This document shows, piece after piece, positions 13,919 through 28,182 of a stretch of DNA of 64,000 nt. This DNA comes from Phoronis australis (taxonomy: Eukaryota; Animalia; Phoronida). The stretch is from contig NMRA01000146.1 of NCBI GenBank assembly GCA_002633005.1, positions 147,640 to 211,639 on the forward strand. The letters are read 5' to 3'. The notes under the pieces are model-generated. The model was not told the origin of the DNA and made no database searches. It saw only the letters and a list, made by a program, of their open reading frames with translations. A program made the translations under genes and the position numbers. The stretch's first letter is position 1. Each line of letters begins with the position of its first letter.

Positions 13919-16140
13919 GACTGACGTCATCAAGAGTGAAAATAGAATACTTAAATGAGCACGCGCAATAATCCCATGTTCAACAAACCGCATTGTACTG
14001 TACTTATACGCTACGAAAAATAAGACACATAATTTCCATAAAAATGATATCTTAATTCAGTGAAATTTTTCTCTCATGTCCTCTTACTCGTAAATCACCG
14101 ATCTCCAGTTTGAATGCGGTTATATGTCTTCAGGATCTTTGACTTGAGAATTTTATTCAGTTACCAGTCGTAACCTACTTTAGCAGACGATAATTTCCCG
14201 GTCGAAGCTTAGCATGAAAAAACGTGTGTTAAGCTATAATAGTTGGTAAACCTTAATTTATAAATTCAATTCATTTCTATTATACATGTATATAAGTTTT
14301 CAATTAGTTTTGAGTATTTGACAAAAATCGCCCGGCTTTTCTTAAAAGGTAACGACCTCGGACCCTGGGCCTCTGACATAGAAAGTAGTTACAAAGCCGT
14401 GGAGAGTCAGAAAAGGTAAATCGACTCATTGCAATGTTTATCGTTTAGTATGCGGTATAAATATTAACGCCCCTCGGGCGATAATTCTCCAAAATGCACT
14501 CGGGCTCTAGATAACGGGGGATAACGCCTTGTCATGTAATAATCTACATTTATCTTCAATCGTATCAATTGTTTGTAGGTTTTAGCTTATTAGTTCATCG
14601 ATTTCAAAAAATCGAAAACCAAGGGTGGTGTTTTTTCCAGCTCAATACAACTGTGGTGTTCGTTTTTAACGACAATTTTTGGTTCACGGATTTTGAAAAT
14701 TCACTTTTTTGTACAGGCAGAAATGTCTACTACAGTTTATGGTTCGGTAATTACACTTTTAATTAAAATTGGGTCTTACTCGATTGGACAATGGGGTCAT
14801 CACAACTGTATCCAACTCCGGCGCCGCGGTCTATTTGATCCTGATAAAATCCGCTCAGAAGGACGAGCGGTGAAAATTCACGCATATGTTTAGAAATACG
14901 CGACTTCCTTGTAACCGTAAAATGTATTATTCACGACAAGAGGTTGTCGTAACTTTGGTTGTAGTTGAGCGATTTTGGCGATTAATAAACTAAACATGAT
15001 CAGCATTTGACTAGGAATTCAGAAATGCTATTGGTTTATATTCAAATATATTAAAACGCAACTTGTTGCTGGACTATAGAATCGAACAAGTTGGGATAAA
15101 CGTGAAAAAGCCTAATGGCGTAGTCATTGCATCAGTGACTTGGGTGACCCGCACATGTTGCATCATTTAGCTTTCACCGGTTTGTGTAAACGCAAAAGGG
15201 AACTCGAAACTCGCTAGGTATCGAAACGGAAAAAAAGAGCATCCCTAAAAAGCCTGGCTTCAGGTAAATCACGCACGTCTTTTAAGATAAGAACGCCGTC
15301 TTTCTGGATAAATTCTTTCTGCTCGCAATATATTCAGGTGTCAAAAAGCTTGACCTTTATTTATTAGCGCCACATACTGATTGTCGAGTGGACTTTTAAA
15401 CAGGACTTTACAGAAGGCTTCCTTGAAAAGTCAAAAACGTCAGACAATTTGTGCTCGAGACAATTTACTTCTCTGATTTTGCGAGCCTTTACAAATTACA
15501 GATGAGTATTTTCAACACTTGCCAAATTTGTCCGACGGAACGCAACCAATCCGAAAACTAGTACCCTCTCCGAAAATACAAATACATGTTCCTCTAACCT
15601 AAATACGTACATGTAACACTGGGACAGACTTTTTGAGCCGTGCATAAAAACAATGGTATTAGCAATACAAGTCGTGCAGTCAGGCAAATTTCTTCAGACT
15701 GGCTTCTCTGCTGACACAACGCTACTTAACACCTTAACTTCAACAACCACCATAGACCTTCTCCAAATTATGTCGAAATCTATGGAGTTGTATGGAAGTG
15801 GACTTCAATTTAGTCAAGGGCATACTTCATGTGTACCACCCGGCTACGCTCCAATACTCCAAGTGAAGAATACCTCTCAGACTCGCTGACCCCCCAATGC
15901 GCAGGTGTTTCATAACATCACCTGGCAAATATTTCAAATCAAATTCCTTGACAAACGTATTACATGGTACTCGCATTTCTGCCACAGCCATAACACTGCG
16001 AGCTGCATCAAACATACTGCAAGTCGCTTTGTGTCTGCCTCAGACAACTGGTCATCAACGTACGCTTTGTTTTGCAATGCACTGCCTTCATCAGAGATTT
16101 GGTAGTCCTCAAACAAGCTAGGTTTGTAAAAAACTGGTTG

Positions 16141-16720
16141 GTTGACAGTACTTTTGGACCACATAAATTATTTGGAATTGATAGGAAATTTACGTTTGGG
16201 AACTGATGTTGGTTTTAGTCGAGCATCGGCAGGGAAGTGCTGGTTTTGGGGTGAAAAGTGCCGATTTTGCATTTTTGCCCTTATTTTTCGTAGTCTAGCT
16301 TGGTTTTTACTGGGAATGAAAGGGTCAAAAATACAGGAGAAAATAAAGTTTCTGTGCTCATCTGCAGGTCTTGTGATGAGAAATGAGTTTCTTTTTCTGC
16401 ATGTAGTTTTGACAGAGTTAAGAAAAGTTGAAGAGTCCATTGACGTGTGTTCTGATAGGCAAACCTCTGTGAGAACTGTTCTGTGCCTCCCAAGCTGTAG
16501 TACTCTCCACTTGTTGGATGACAGTCCTGTTGGGGAATCTTCGAACTATACACAATCATTGCGACAGTGTACTTGCTGGCCACAGTCTCTGGTGACGCAA
16601 CACTTGCAGGCAGTTTCTTCTGCCCACGATTCTTCTTGCTGGCCACAGTCTCTGTTGACGCAACATTTCAGTCAGTATCTTACTACCAACGAGCTCTTAG
16701 TTAACTTGCTGTCCGTTAAC
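16141..16720. repeat. Interspersed repeat family B copy 1
   Basis: 16141-16490 matches the reverse complement of 42657-43014. 16492-16720 matches 42430-42656 in the same orientation. There is an internal ~64-bp duplication (CTTGCTGGCCACAGTCTCTG.TGACGCAACA). Confidence 0.85.
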
Positions 16721-19700
16721 CATTGCCCTTGCCAAAATCCTCTCTAGAATCTTCCACGAGATGGCTCTGTTGTACAATTTTCCTCTGTACGCTGTAGCAA
16801 GTCTTTATGTTTCAACTACTATAGCTCATTTAAATATCTTCTTGATTTCAGCCCATATTATAAAATTCTACTTATTTAGCGATTGACTAAAAAAAACCAC
16901 GTGATCTTATCTAATCATAGCGTTAGCTGTTACAATTTGCTCTCAGAAATTTCTGGAATCTCTAGACTGCTTTGACCCCAGAAATAAAGAAGTAAACACC
17001 ATCTAAAAATAGATTTTGACCTTAAAGCGCATGTCAACAAGTTAGACCCCATGGTTTGAAAGAACATAAGCACAAATGTTGGGCAACTTAAAATCGACCT
17101 ATTCTTACTAATTACTTAATCAATATTTATTCCGACACTCGAGGAGACACCTAGTTTTCTTGTGGGGACGGACACTACTTTTATGATTAACATCGGTGCC
17201 TAGAGCCGTAGGATACGTGTGTATGGTTCCGTATTGGTTCCAAGCTACCACAAGAGATGTCTTTGAAATTCAGGGAAACACTCCATCCTATATTGTACTC
17301 GTTTCGCACTCTAAATTTAGACCGTACTCAGTATTAGCCAAAGTCCCTGGATTCTCTCGAAAAAAATCTATCGTCCGACCTACAGTTGTAGGGCATTTCT
17401 GAACCTGCAGGCGTTTCATTACAACGATGATTCGCGGGATATAACAATTTATAAGACCTCCTTCTCAGGTGTTTTCGCTTGAAATACATGGAGATATCCC
17501 ACGAAGTCCTGCGTTTTCTGACGCTTTCGCAAGACCCTAGTCTTGCCTTTGTACTCCAGTTTCTCAGTAGATGGCGATTTAATTAAAGTTCTAGTTCTGG
17601 GTAGGTTAGTAGTACATGTACCTTTATAATAAAAGCATCGTAAGCACTTCAAACTCATCACTTGCTAATTTTTTTAAATTTATTACGCAAACAGATATAT
17701 TTTTCATGATATGTAACTAATTACTACCAGGCGATCAATAATTGGCCTTTCCATGCTGAGATTACATTTTCCTCGCTGACTGGTGTACTGTCTCTGGTTA
17801 TTTTTGGGTTCAGCTGGAAAGTCGTTGTCCCAAAGTCCAATACAGATGGTCCACACATTTTTAACACCGCAACAAGGTAAAATTGCGATGATCACATAAA
17901 CTCACTATGTCAAAAAAAAAACGTGCACTGGCATTAACAATGTGCCACACAAGCCAAATATAGCGATTTCACACGAGTTCAGTTACACGTGCACTTGAGA
18001 TGGTGTAAGCATTCTGTATTACATGTATGCTAATTTACAGTAGTTGCCTATTATATCTTCTGTGACTGAGTACGTCTATACTTCGAACTGAAATTAAGGG
18101 TTTGGTCCGGATAAGGATAGCCCAGTGTCCTTTCCAACATACCGGCCAGGTTTCGGACAAAGAATCGCAGAATTTTATGTCAATCATTTCAAATGACGCA
18201 TGCACAAACACCAAAGTTTTCTTCTAAGTCGTCGTTGCATCAGGAAATGATTTGGTTTAAAACAAGCCATAACATAGGCCAGAGACTGACCAAACATTAA
18301 GAAGTAATACATGTACGCTTCATGACAAAACATGTGTCAACATATAATTGTAAAACAGCGTCGTAACAAGTTTAAGCAATCGCCTTAACTTATTCCTAAG
18401 TGTTGAATTGATTGGTTGATTCTTATATTATTGAGTCTATATGACAAAGCAACCTTTACATGCCATTTTTACTGTTCATCCTTCGGAAATTGTGCTCCCG
18501 CGTGCCTTGCAAACCTTGACCCGCCACTGGATTCATCGAGAAATTCCAATCTACCATTACGTTGTTCAAGTACGCCTAGGGAGACTGGAGAGAGACCGGA
18601 GAAAGTCTATTTCAGTGGCTGTACTGTATGTGCTTAGACGTATCCTAACTGATTCTTGGCCAGAGCAAATTATGATAACTGAATATTTAACCATGGCAAG
18701 CCTTTCCGTGTTTTCATAAAATACTCTATGTCGTTTTGGTGACCTTTTGGTATAGATGTTCATCGTCGAAGCTGTATGCAATGCATGTAAAACTGATTTG
18801 TGACCACATTACTAATATGAACGCTGGAGTACTAGCCACAAATGATTTGATTTATCAAGTTTGTACTTGATGCAAGGCAACGGCCCCTTTATGTGAAGAT
18901 GATAAAGTTTCACTTGTGATGCTTCGCGATATTTTACGAATACTGAATTTTGCGTAATGTCTGGGCCCAGCTCGTGACCCAGCTGACTTTCGTTCTTGTT
19001 GAATTGTCAAAAGCGTACGAGAGTACAGAGCAGTTACGGCATTCTTAACATGAAAGCATATTCTACTACTATGCTCACGTCCGGTCATTTCGTTTATACT
19101 TCTGAGCATATATTGCAGTAAATGACGGCAAAGTTGGCAAATGCCAAAAATGCATTTAAAAGAATACGATATCAGCTTTACGGTGTAGGTTTTCAACGAA
19201 AAAATCAAACAGAAAAATATACTTGTCTTATTTATATGGTGCAATTTATCTTGCTTGGAAAATCATAGTCCAAAATGATGTAAAAACTTGAACACATTGC
19301 GCTGTGGAAGAAGCAAAATACCTTAAGAACCCCGAACATCTTTAAATTATGGACCACAGCCGTTGAGATCGTCAAATTTGCAACACTAAAGAACTGGAAT
19401 AATGTATTGACGTAACTTAATTATGTATGTGATTGGCCATTCTCGATCTCACACATTTCACTGTGCATGGTCTACCCAGACTCGGCCACAGTACCCACGT
19501 AAAGACACTAATATTACTGCCCTCGTGTCAAGCAAACAACAGTCTGCTGATTTGTTTAGAACACAAGCTTGAACGTTTATCTCCTTGTCTTGCGTTTAGA
19601 ATATATTGTTCCCGAGCAATTGGATGTATAATGGCGGTGGCACGTAATTCATGTTGAAAGGTAGTTACAATTAGTGAATATGTAGACACGACGTGCTTGT

Positions 19701-20571
19701 TAACGACACGCTCCACTTCATCTTTATACAGTGTACTTATTATCGAGAACCGTCAACGTTTCAGGTGATTTATTTTCTTTTGTGTCTACTTAAATTTTGT
19801 TATAGCGAATGCCAAAGGGGGTTTAATTGATATCATACAGAGCTTGAAAAATCCTCTTCAGTTATGAGTAAACTTCAAAATCCTCCGTTGCATGTGATAT
19901 TAATTTGCAGTTGTAAAATCCGGCAGAACAGCTGCGCACGTTACCTCTTGAAGAAATTAATGGTGATTTAGCGAATGAAATAGAAATATGGGGTTCGGTC
20001 AAATTCTTAAGCATATTGCCTGTCATAATGGATTGTATTCCTATTTCGTCGTAGCAGCTGAGGCATAATTCACACTGGACTTAAGTTGTTGATCTGGCTT
20101 GAGAGGCTAGTGATTCCGGTGCAGTAATTTACTGTAGCATCTTGCATCGCACTCAATCTTCGGCAAGATTTGACATCCTGTGATTGTGCTGTGCTCATGC
20201 GTCCTAAGGATGTTGGCAGTTGAACGAGGGAGCTATCCGTAGACGAAAAGCACTCTTGAGTAAAGCTAGTGTGAACGCCTGCTTCAATTGACGATACTTT
20301 GCGTTACCACGCTTTTCTCGAATGCAGCCCCGAGGCGCGTTCTCTGATCAGCTGTACATTGTAGTCACTTGAGATACTCTTGCGAAGCTAAAAAAATCTC
20401 ATGGAGCAAAAATAGCGAGTCTTCATCCACAACAAGTCAAGTCGTTGATGACCTCGGTAGCTGACATTTTGCCAGTGCACAATAGGCTAGATGAATTGCG
20501 AGCTTACTCGCCAAGCATCAGCAGCGTGATTAGCGATACCGCCCTACAGATTGCCAGGGGCATCGTCACTG

Positions 20572-20824
20572 CATGCGCCTACACAGGTCAAAAATTGCGG
20601 GGATCAAATCTTTGAGGATATGGATCTTTTACTAAAAATTAACGGGTTATGTGCAGAGCTATATGTGAATTATGCATCTGCTTTTTTTGAAGGAAATATG
20701 TATTTTTCGACTTTTTCGGACTTTTTGTTTGTCTGAGGCGGACCTTTCTACTCTCTTCGCATAATTGGGATGGGTGGGGGGGGGGCTCCTTCGAGCCACC
20801 CGAGCCACCCTGGGTGCGCGCATG
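20572..20824. mobile_element. Short hAT-like MITE
   Basis: CATGCGCCTACACAGG and CCTGGGTGCGCGCATG form an imperfect 16-bp TIR (13/16), with a subterminal G-run and CGAGCCACC duplication. TSD not clear. Confidence 0.55.
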
Positions 20825-22009
20825 CACTAGCGTCACAATGGGCTTAGTCGGATTCGTGCAGGTCAATAATACCGTAGACGCTGCATACATGTATATCTAT
20901 TGAATGACATAGTCGAGTTCCTGGCTGCATTCACTTCCTTATTTTGAAAGTCAAGTGAATTGATTTGCCTAATAGGTGTCGCTTAAATCTGCGTATTCAC
21001 TACAGAATCGAAATAACATCAGCGCAATGAACGCGGACACTGTTGAACTTGGAGTTAAACAAAAAAAAATCATTGTAATAAGGGACCAATTCGTGAGTGC
21101 CAATCAGAAGCCATTGCTAATTCACAGTTGTTTCAAAACATACCCTAAGTATAACATAATGTTTCCCCTGTTGTGTTCACGTTTCCTTCACAAGAATTCT
21201 TAATCGCAAGTTGACGAAGTTCATGCATGTCTCTGAAAAGGCCATTTAAGTAAAAACTAAGACAGTGGGTTAACTTTTCACATCCTTTCTCAAAGTACTT
21301 CAAGTTACGGCAGAGGTACGCTTTGAAAAAATGGCGTCGGGAATAAGTTTTCCTCATATTTGCCAATCACACTCATTAAAATGACCTTTTCTGTGTTCAT
21401 TAGTACCTCATACAGTAATGCGTGCGTTAATAACAGCGTTGACGGACATGAGAAAAAAAATCCTTAGGAGATTAACACTCTAATTATCGAAAACACTGTG
21501 TAGGAGGCTCTCAGATGGACGCGTTTCACTACGAAGCATGGGTGCACGGCATGTAAATTTTCTAAAAAATCCAACCATATAGTGTTGTATACAAGTGTAT
21601 AGGAGTGGATGATGACATCTCGAGCTCCCGTGACCGATACATGGTGATGCCAACATCTTCAACCTTTAAACGTTAATTACAACAAACTTGTTAAATTAAT
21701 TTCACATGTTAAGAATTTAGGGGGTCTCATTCGTGGTATACCTGGCTTTTTCCACGTAGCTTGTGGGACGGTTGATGGCTGGTAGATATCCGGCGACGCA
21801 ACATTCGACAAGTGCAAGTGTAACTTGATTAATAATTTGCCTTTTTTGTAATTGGGTGGCATTTGTCTTTAGAATGTTTGATACAAAATGCTTGCAAATC
21901 TATGCATTAGTTCGATGTGTTTTAATCGTGTTGGGGACCCATATTTTCGATTCCTTTCCTGTACGCTGAAGTGACAGTGTGCATTAGTTCCGTACTAATT
22001 GTTTACACG

Positions 22010-23940
22010 TTAAAGGAAAATGCCATCTAAAAGCAACCTAGTTTGTATCAATTTAGATCGAGTATTTCCACTCGATAACAGCAAGAACAGCTCTTTTACC
22101 TGACACTTGACGGCAGACGAATGTGTTGAAATTAACCAATGACGTCAGAGGTTCGAATGGGCCGGAGCAGTTCACAACACGTTTACTGGTGTCAGCTTAT
22201 CGCTTTAATTCATCGTTTTATACCAATAAATCATCAAAATTAGATGTAAAACCCTTACAGATACATCGAGTTATTGAACAAACGTGTTATTTATTTCGCT
22301 GTTACTGATTTTTAAGTATTTGAACGTACCGTAGCCTACAAAGTTCGGTAGGACAACTTACCTAGGTCGATCGCGGGAGTTGGGGGTCTGTTCGGTGATA
22401 AATTCAAATCATTCGTCCGTAAAATACAGACAAGGGAACATAGCTGTGGGGGTGTTGTAATTCTGCGATTTTTTTCAGTTCTCAACACACAAAACGCTTG
22501 CGATACCTGCCAGTGGCTCAGAAGCCATCGCGGCCGGACTAAAGACATCAGGAACATAAACCAGCCAAAGGTGGAAACTAAACTTCCAGTCACGGAACGA
22601 TTATACTAGTGATCCAAAGAAAAAACGTGCACGTGATTATTTTGGTATGTTAGCCGCGAAACTGCAAATCTATATTTACCTGCTCGTCGTGGGCCGCGAA
22701 GTCAGGTTACCCTTCCACAGACTGTCAGAGCAAAAGTTGCACTGTGACAATGATTCGAATAATGTATATGCATACCTAAATAAAGCTTAACCCAACATCT
22801 GATCATAGGTTATAAAATCGAGTTTATTGTTTCACAACAGCTTTCTGTCAGCAAACATTGAATTATCATCCGCTCACACGGCCTCGGTGCCCGGCCAGTT
22901 AGTTTATTGTATCCAAAGCAGGTAACGAACTATTCATTGCAGGCTTCTCAAAACACTTGCACTCACGAATACTCCAAAGCGTTAGAAATTGCATCTGATG
23001 AGACACACTTTGTTTTAGTTTGATATAAGCATTGGTTAGCGTGAGAATAATTCATTTTGAAACAGAACGCACAATAATAAACGACAATGTGGCAACTCGC
23101 AATCCCGACTTAGGCGAGTGCTCATCCGACGAAGACTTCACAGGTCGATCGTTAGGCTATCAGTTCAAAACCAGAATGCGCTGATCAAGAAATAATAGAG
23201 AAGCACCATGAACATGCACAGGAACATGTGGATAGTTTCAAAAACCGTTTGAATGAATCGTCATGGTGTTAGTGAGCTAACTGCACGATAATGAAAACGA
23301 CTGACGCTTGCGTTTGCTACCAAGAAATTCTGCACGTGAAACGCATTCTTGGACAAGAGCTGATGTGTCTCACGGCCCATCCTTATTTTGCACCTCATCT
23401 AAACTGATGTGTTCTTTTTTAGGGCTGAGAAAAAACAGGGGAAAACATCCTAAGCCCAGAGGACCAAAAAGGAGCGTCAGGAACGATTCAGTCACCAAAC
23501 AGGTTATATATTGTAAAAAAACGTCATGTTCTTAAGCCTTGAATTAATTGTAATTGTTTATGTTTTCATGGCCAACCACGATTCCCCATAATCAAAAACT
23601 GATCAACAACCGATCCGACGAAGTGCAGGCCACATACTTGGTATTAACGACGTACTTTTCATTCTTCACTACCGCGAGCCACTTCCGGAGCATGAGCTCT
23701 CAAGGAAATCGTAAAAACGATATACCCGCTTTCCTCGCAGCGTCATAGTTCGCATAAGCGGAAACGATACACCACATCCATGGCGCACTCACTCTGCAGA
23801 AGAACAATGGCGTCGCTTCTCACCTTCTTCACAGGTTAACATGACACCTCTCGGCCAGGTACTATCGACCGTATACGAGGTGATGTGGGTATAGATCGAT
23901 TAAGACGATGAAAAAGACTAAATAAATCCGGTGGCATTCT
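22010..23940 (-). mobile_element. Kolobok-like family A copy 2 (longest copy)
   Basis: TTAA|AGGAAAATGCCATC at 22010 and GGTGGCATTCT at ~23930. Colinear reverse complement of 5911-7121 with two extra internal blocks (~22540-22915 and ~23020-23415). Confidence 0.8.
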
Positions 23941-24163
23941 GGGTCACCACCTAATTTCTACGAGCAGACAACTGTCCCGCAAGGTACTTGAAAAACTACA
24001 GCAGCACCGTGCATGGAATCGCCATAACGGGCATTGCGAGAATCCTGTGGACCGTACATGTACTTAACGAGACTACTTGTTCTTCATAATGCAATCGCTT
24101 GCAGCACCGCTGACCAATACAGTCTTTTGTACAAAGTACAGCGTAGTTGCCTGTTAAAATCGT

Positions 24164-24539
24164 TTAAAAAGATACCAAACCTGTCTTTGGCCAATTAACA
24201 GATATTAAAAACCTCCTTCCTATCCAGTTCTCTGAAACAATATAATTCTGAGTAACCCTCCAAACCACTCAAAAACGTGGAGCAACAGATGAAAACTGTT
24301 AATTGTTAGTCTGCTAAACAGGAAAACGTCATGTGACCTACGCTTTAGACGATTTATACGACAACTGCAGGGAAAGACCACGCACCAAGAGTCCTACTAT
24401 CCAATCGGTGACATAGAAAGTGTGAGTTTTTAGTTGAATCTTGCTTTTATCGTCTCAACATGACGCCAGAGATGCAACAGCAGGTGACAGAACGAGGACT
24501 GGTTGAAATTTATCAAAACATTGTTTAGTATCCCTTTAA
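24164..24539 (+). mobile_element. TTAA-flanked MITE, family C copy 1 (uninterrupted)
   Basis: TTAA|AAAGATACCAAAC ... GTTTAGTATCCCT|TTAA. The body (GTCTGCTAAAC, GTGACCTACGCTTT, AGCAGGTGACAGAACGAGGACTGGTTGAAAT) recurs, split, at 49767-50026 and 51365-51487. Confidence 0.75.
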
Positions 24540-24929
24540 AGATATAGTTTGCCATCTAAAACATCTTTCCAACACAAACAATATCAATTATAGTGTCTTA
24601 TTGCCCAACTCAGTTATTGCACGGTGCAGTTACAGAGAAGCTATTGATCTTATCCGACTTCAGCCGAGTCAGATTCTGATTACAGGCTTGTGCGTTATGC
24701 AATAAATGATGACAACATAGGAGTGAGACAAACATTTTACAGCCCACGCAAAGCTAGGAACCAATTCCGTGAAATACGAGAGCTACAGCAACGAGTCTTT
24801 CAGCAACAAGGGGAATTTTTAAAAGTTGTTTTACTCGAATGTGACGAAGCATCGGACAGAGGTGCTGTACAATAAATGTGTAGACAAACCTAATGCAATG
24901 TTCTTATTCTTTGTTTCGGGTGAGCGATT

Positions 24930-24989
24930 GTGCGAGTGAGCGAGTGGGCCAGTGTGCGAGTGGGCCAGTGTGCGAGTGGGCGAGAGTGC
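24930..24989 (+). repeat. Short tandem repeat, 16-bp unit GCGAGTGGGCCAGTGT (8-bp subunits)
   Basis: Direct reading: tgcgagtgagcgagtgggccagtgtgcgagtgggccagtgtgcgagtgggcgagagtgc. Confidence 0.85.
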
Positions 24990-25273
24990 ACGTGACTGAC
25001 TAAAAACAAACACAAAAAGCCATTACTATACTACGAAACACTACTGCTTACCAAAAATTGTAGCAAAATATAATAAACTTAACAAAATGACTCAAAATAA
25101 CTTTAAAAAAGCGTACCGATTATTTGTCTTCTATGTCCTTCGTTTCACTGTCGTAACTATGAGACAACGTGCAGATATTTATGCAAAACGTAACATCCCG
25201 ATCCTGAATTTCAAACAGCTCGACACAATTACGTTTGTTCATCTTGTGAGTGAGACAGGCATCACACTCCGGT

Positions 25274-25370
25274 CACACAAGCCGAGGAACCAACGTGGGA
25301 TACGAGAGTAACAGGTTTAGCATTGAGTCTTTCAGCGACGGGAAATTTTTGAAAGTTTTTTACTGGAATG
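25274..25370 (+). pseudogene. Possible ISL2EU/Harbinger-type transposase relic
   Basis: Translates HTSRGTNVGYESNRFSIESFSDGKFLK and, after a frameshift, FFTGM. This resembles the S.GTQ...RFS+E.F.D...FYTG segment preceding the HTH/DDE of these transposases. Confidence 0.35.
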
Positions 25371-26085
25371 TGGCGAAACATCGGGTACAGGTGCTACTTA
25401 CAACAAATCACCTCGACAGCGAGCTCTTGAGAACCCAAACGGACCGTAAGCAAATAGGTTCGAACCAGTAGCTGCAAATGCGCCGGTCGTTTCGGGTGAA
25501 GACTGAGATACCGCGGCAGATCTCGAAGTCGATAACAATACCACTTCTGATGTTTCATCGTCGCAAGTGGCCGCAAATCCGCAAAAGAATAGTGGGCGAA
25601 ATCATCTCTTTTAGTTTCATTAATTACTTCCCATTAACTTTAATAAAGTCCTACCATACGGACTGGTGGGCGCTCAAAAAGGAACATGTGACAAAATTTG
25701 TCGTTTCTTTCTTCATTTCGTGGTGTGCATAGGTTGGAAGCAAGGCGAGATTAGCAGGTTTCTAGTATGTAGTTTATGAGTTGAACATTATATTTCATCA
25801 TAAGACCTTATTTTTATTCAATATCCGTTTTGAGCAATTGTCACAGGGAGGATGTCAAAAATCACCAAAACAATCTAGAAAAATATGTTTCGTGCTGCGA
25901 AACATAATCAAAGAATAGCTGGCTTTCAAAAAAACCGATTTCAAAACAAGATAGTGGACCCGAACAAAACAACGTGCCCAAATTTCTTCACAAAAGTTGC
26001 AGCAACTTTGTACTGCTTCACCCGATTTTGATCATTTTTATTTTGTTGTATGGAGTACGTTTTCTTTCCCATGATATTGAAAGCT

Positions 26086-26244
26086 TTCTTCAAAACGAAG
26101 AAATGGTCCGACCGCCCCATTTGCATTTCCTTGTAGACTTCGTCTTCCCACAGACGACGCAGTCTTAGCTCAGCGGGGAATCTGCGAAAAGACATGCCAG
26201 CCCGCCGTGTATTGCCACAACCTCCCGCTTTTCAGCCGTCTGGC
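26086..26244 (-). pseudogene. Decayed THAP zinc-finger coding relic (DNA-transposon derived)
   Basis: Minus strand reads PDG*KAGGCGNTRRAGMSFRRFPAELRLRRLWEDEV, frameshift, TRKCKWGGRTISSF. This fits THAP consensus MP..C.xxGC.N...SFHRFP....RR.W...V.RTR..W.GPT..S, with the first Cys mutated to TGA. Confidence 0.65.
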
Positions 26245-28182
26245 CAGGTCTTTGTCGATGAATGAGGAATTTCCCGTCTTACGCTCGTTAAGAATGCTGG
26301 AGTATTCATGGGGGGGGGGNTAGGTGGAGTCCTCTGTCTCGGTTCAAGAGGCGCTGACTGTTTATGGCCTCTTTGAGCTTACGAGCATACCAATTTTGTT
26401 CCTTGGCTAGGATCCTGGTTGACGCAAGAGAGATGGTGTGTCAAGTCGCCAAAATATGTTCTCCCAACAGCCGTGCTCAATTTGCACTCATACAGGTTAA
26501 ATAATATAGGCACATGTAGAAAATTAATAGTGGGTTCGGTGAATTTGGTTTGCTTGAACATACAGTATTAGATACGAGAAAACGGCCACCATTTCGACTG
26601 TAGGTTTACGTTTCTTCAAAATGGCTACCCATTTATATTTGTTACATCTCAGCGTAGCCACTGAGAAATCTGCTGCAATTTCATGTAGCCATCAAGCAAC
26701 CCTGAATTTCAAAAATTGCCAAACGACAGCCCTTTAGGACTATGTTTGTGAAATCTGAAGAAAATTTTACTTCCAAAACGTGGTGAGTCCCGTGTACATC
26801 GTTGACAGAGAAACCGAGGTAAAAAAATGCCACTTTTGGGTTTTCGACACTCTTTCTCTGAGCTTCCTTCCCTCTTCAGTGAAAATGAAAATGACAAAAT
26901 ATCAGGCATGCATAAGTGTTTGTGGTCATGTTCAGCAGTTTTGATGTGAAACATCTAGCAACTTGTCATTTATTCATGGCGTTTACGACACGCTGGAAGA
27001 AAGGCAGTACATCCTGTGACGTGGCAGGCAAAACACAGCTAGAACTGTCTTGCGTCTTCCGCGCATTACTGGCAAGGCAGATTCACTTCTTGGTCTCAAC
27101 CATTGTAAATTCCATGTGTTTACATCAATATTACCTCCTGTCCTGTTGGAATAGTACCTACTAGTAGTCTAGTGTTATGTAATTCCAGTATCTACCATGC
27201 ACCCAAATTATCAGTACGTCTCAACGCCAGAAATTTGTAACATTCTTGATCCGCTAGTTGACGCTTTGCGCCACGTCCCTAACCAATCATAACAATACAT
27301 AGTAAGATTAAAGGTCAGGAAGCTTGGGCGCTAGTACCGTGAGCCCGACTGAAATCAGTATAGTCTGCAGAGCAATACTTGTCAAGTTTACAATAACAGT
27401 CTTTGGAATTTCTGGAATTTCACTGTCTACAGTATGACAGTGCTAGCTGGGTCATTGGGGGTCACAGCTCTATGTTAACTTGTCGGCCTACACATAAGCA
27501 CAACAAAAGTGAATTGAACGCCAGCCAGCCGGCGTGTGCTTGCTGTCAAAGCGCTTTTTATTAATCTTCAGATGTTTGCCAATACATATTTGTGTCCGGA
27601 ATCCACTCCAATGTAACAGCATTAAATTAAGACGAAAGGACAACGTTCCGTGGATCACAAAAAACGAAACAACATTTTGAAGATAACTAGTATCAACTAT
27701 CTCACAGGCGAAAAACCTGCATAAAACTGTATAAAATCCGACTTTTTTCAAACTTCGAAAGTATTTCTAAACTCATACCGGATGAGAAAATGAACATAAC
27801 AGTTTCTTACCGATTCTGAGCTAATCTCTCATCTATAGGAGTGCAAATCCCATTGCAACACAGCCGGGCAATCGGCAACATTTCATCTCACAGCACTGTA
27901 CGTGGATCCATTTTCTGAACACAAGAGACGTGGAAAATTTTTCGAAAAACAGCATGAAATTTGGACCAGCAACCTCTGAGTACTCCTGGTAATCACCTAC
28001 GCTATCGGCAAATCCGATAGCAAAATTAATTCAGCCACAAACTTGACTTCAAAATGAGCTATGCGCTCAAATATTGGCTTCCGGACGATCCTTAACATAG
28101 GCCTGCAATGGGGCAAACTTCAAACTTCAAGAGACGTGGAAAATTTTTCACCAATGACGCTGTTATTTGGCAGTAACAAGTC

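Noticed and set aside
16060-16100. CTGATGAAGGCAGTGCATTGCAAAAC on the minus strand as a hammerhead
   Set aside because: The GAAA core is missing and no stems I/III could be found.
16142-16747. 201-aa ORF, the longest in the track
   Set aside because: It spans the inversion junction of repeat family B, and the frame is not conserved in the second copy.
27922-28150. ~21-bp direct repeat CAAGAGACGTGGAAAATTTTT about 207 bp apart
   Set aside because: Only two units. Most likely subterminal repeats of a decayed DNA transposon, not an array.
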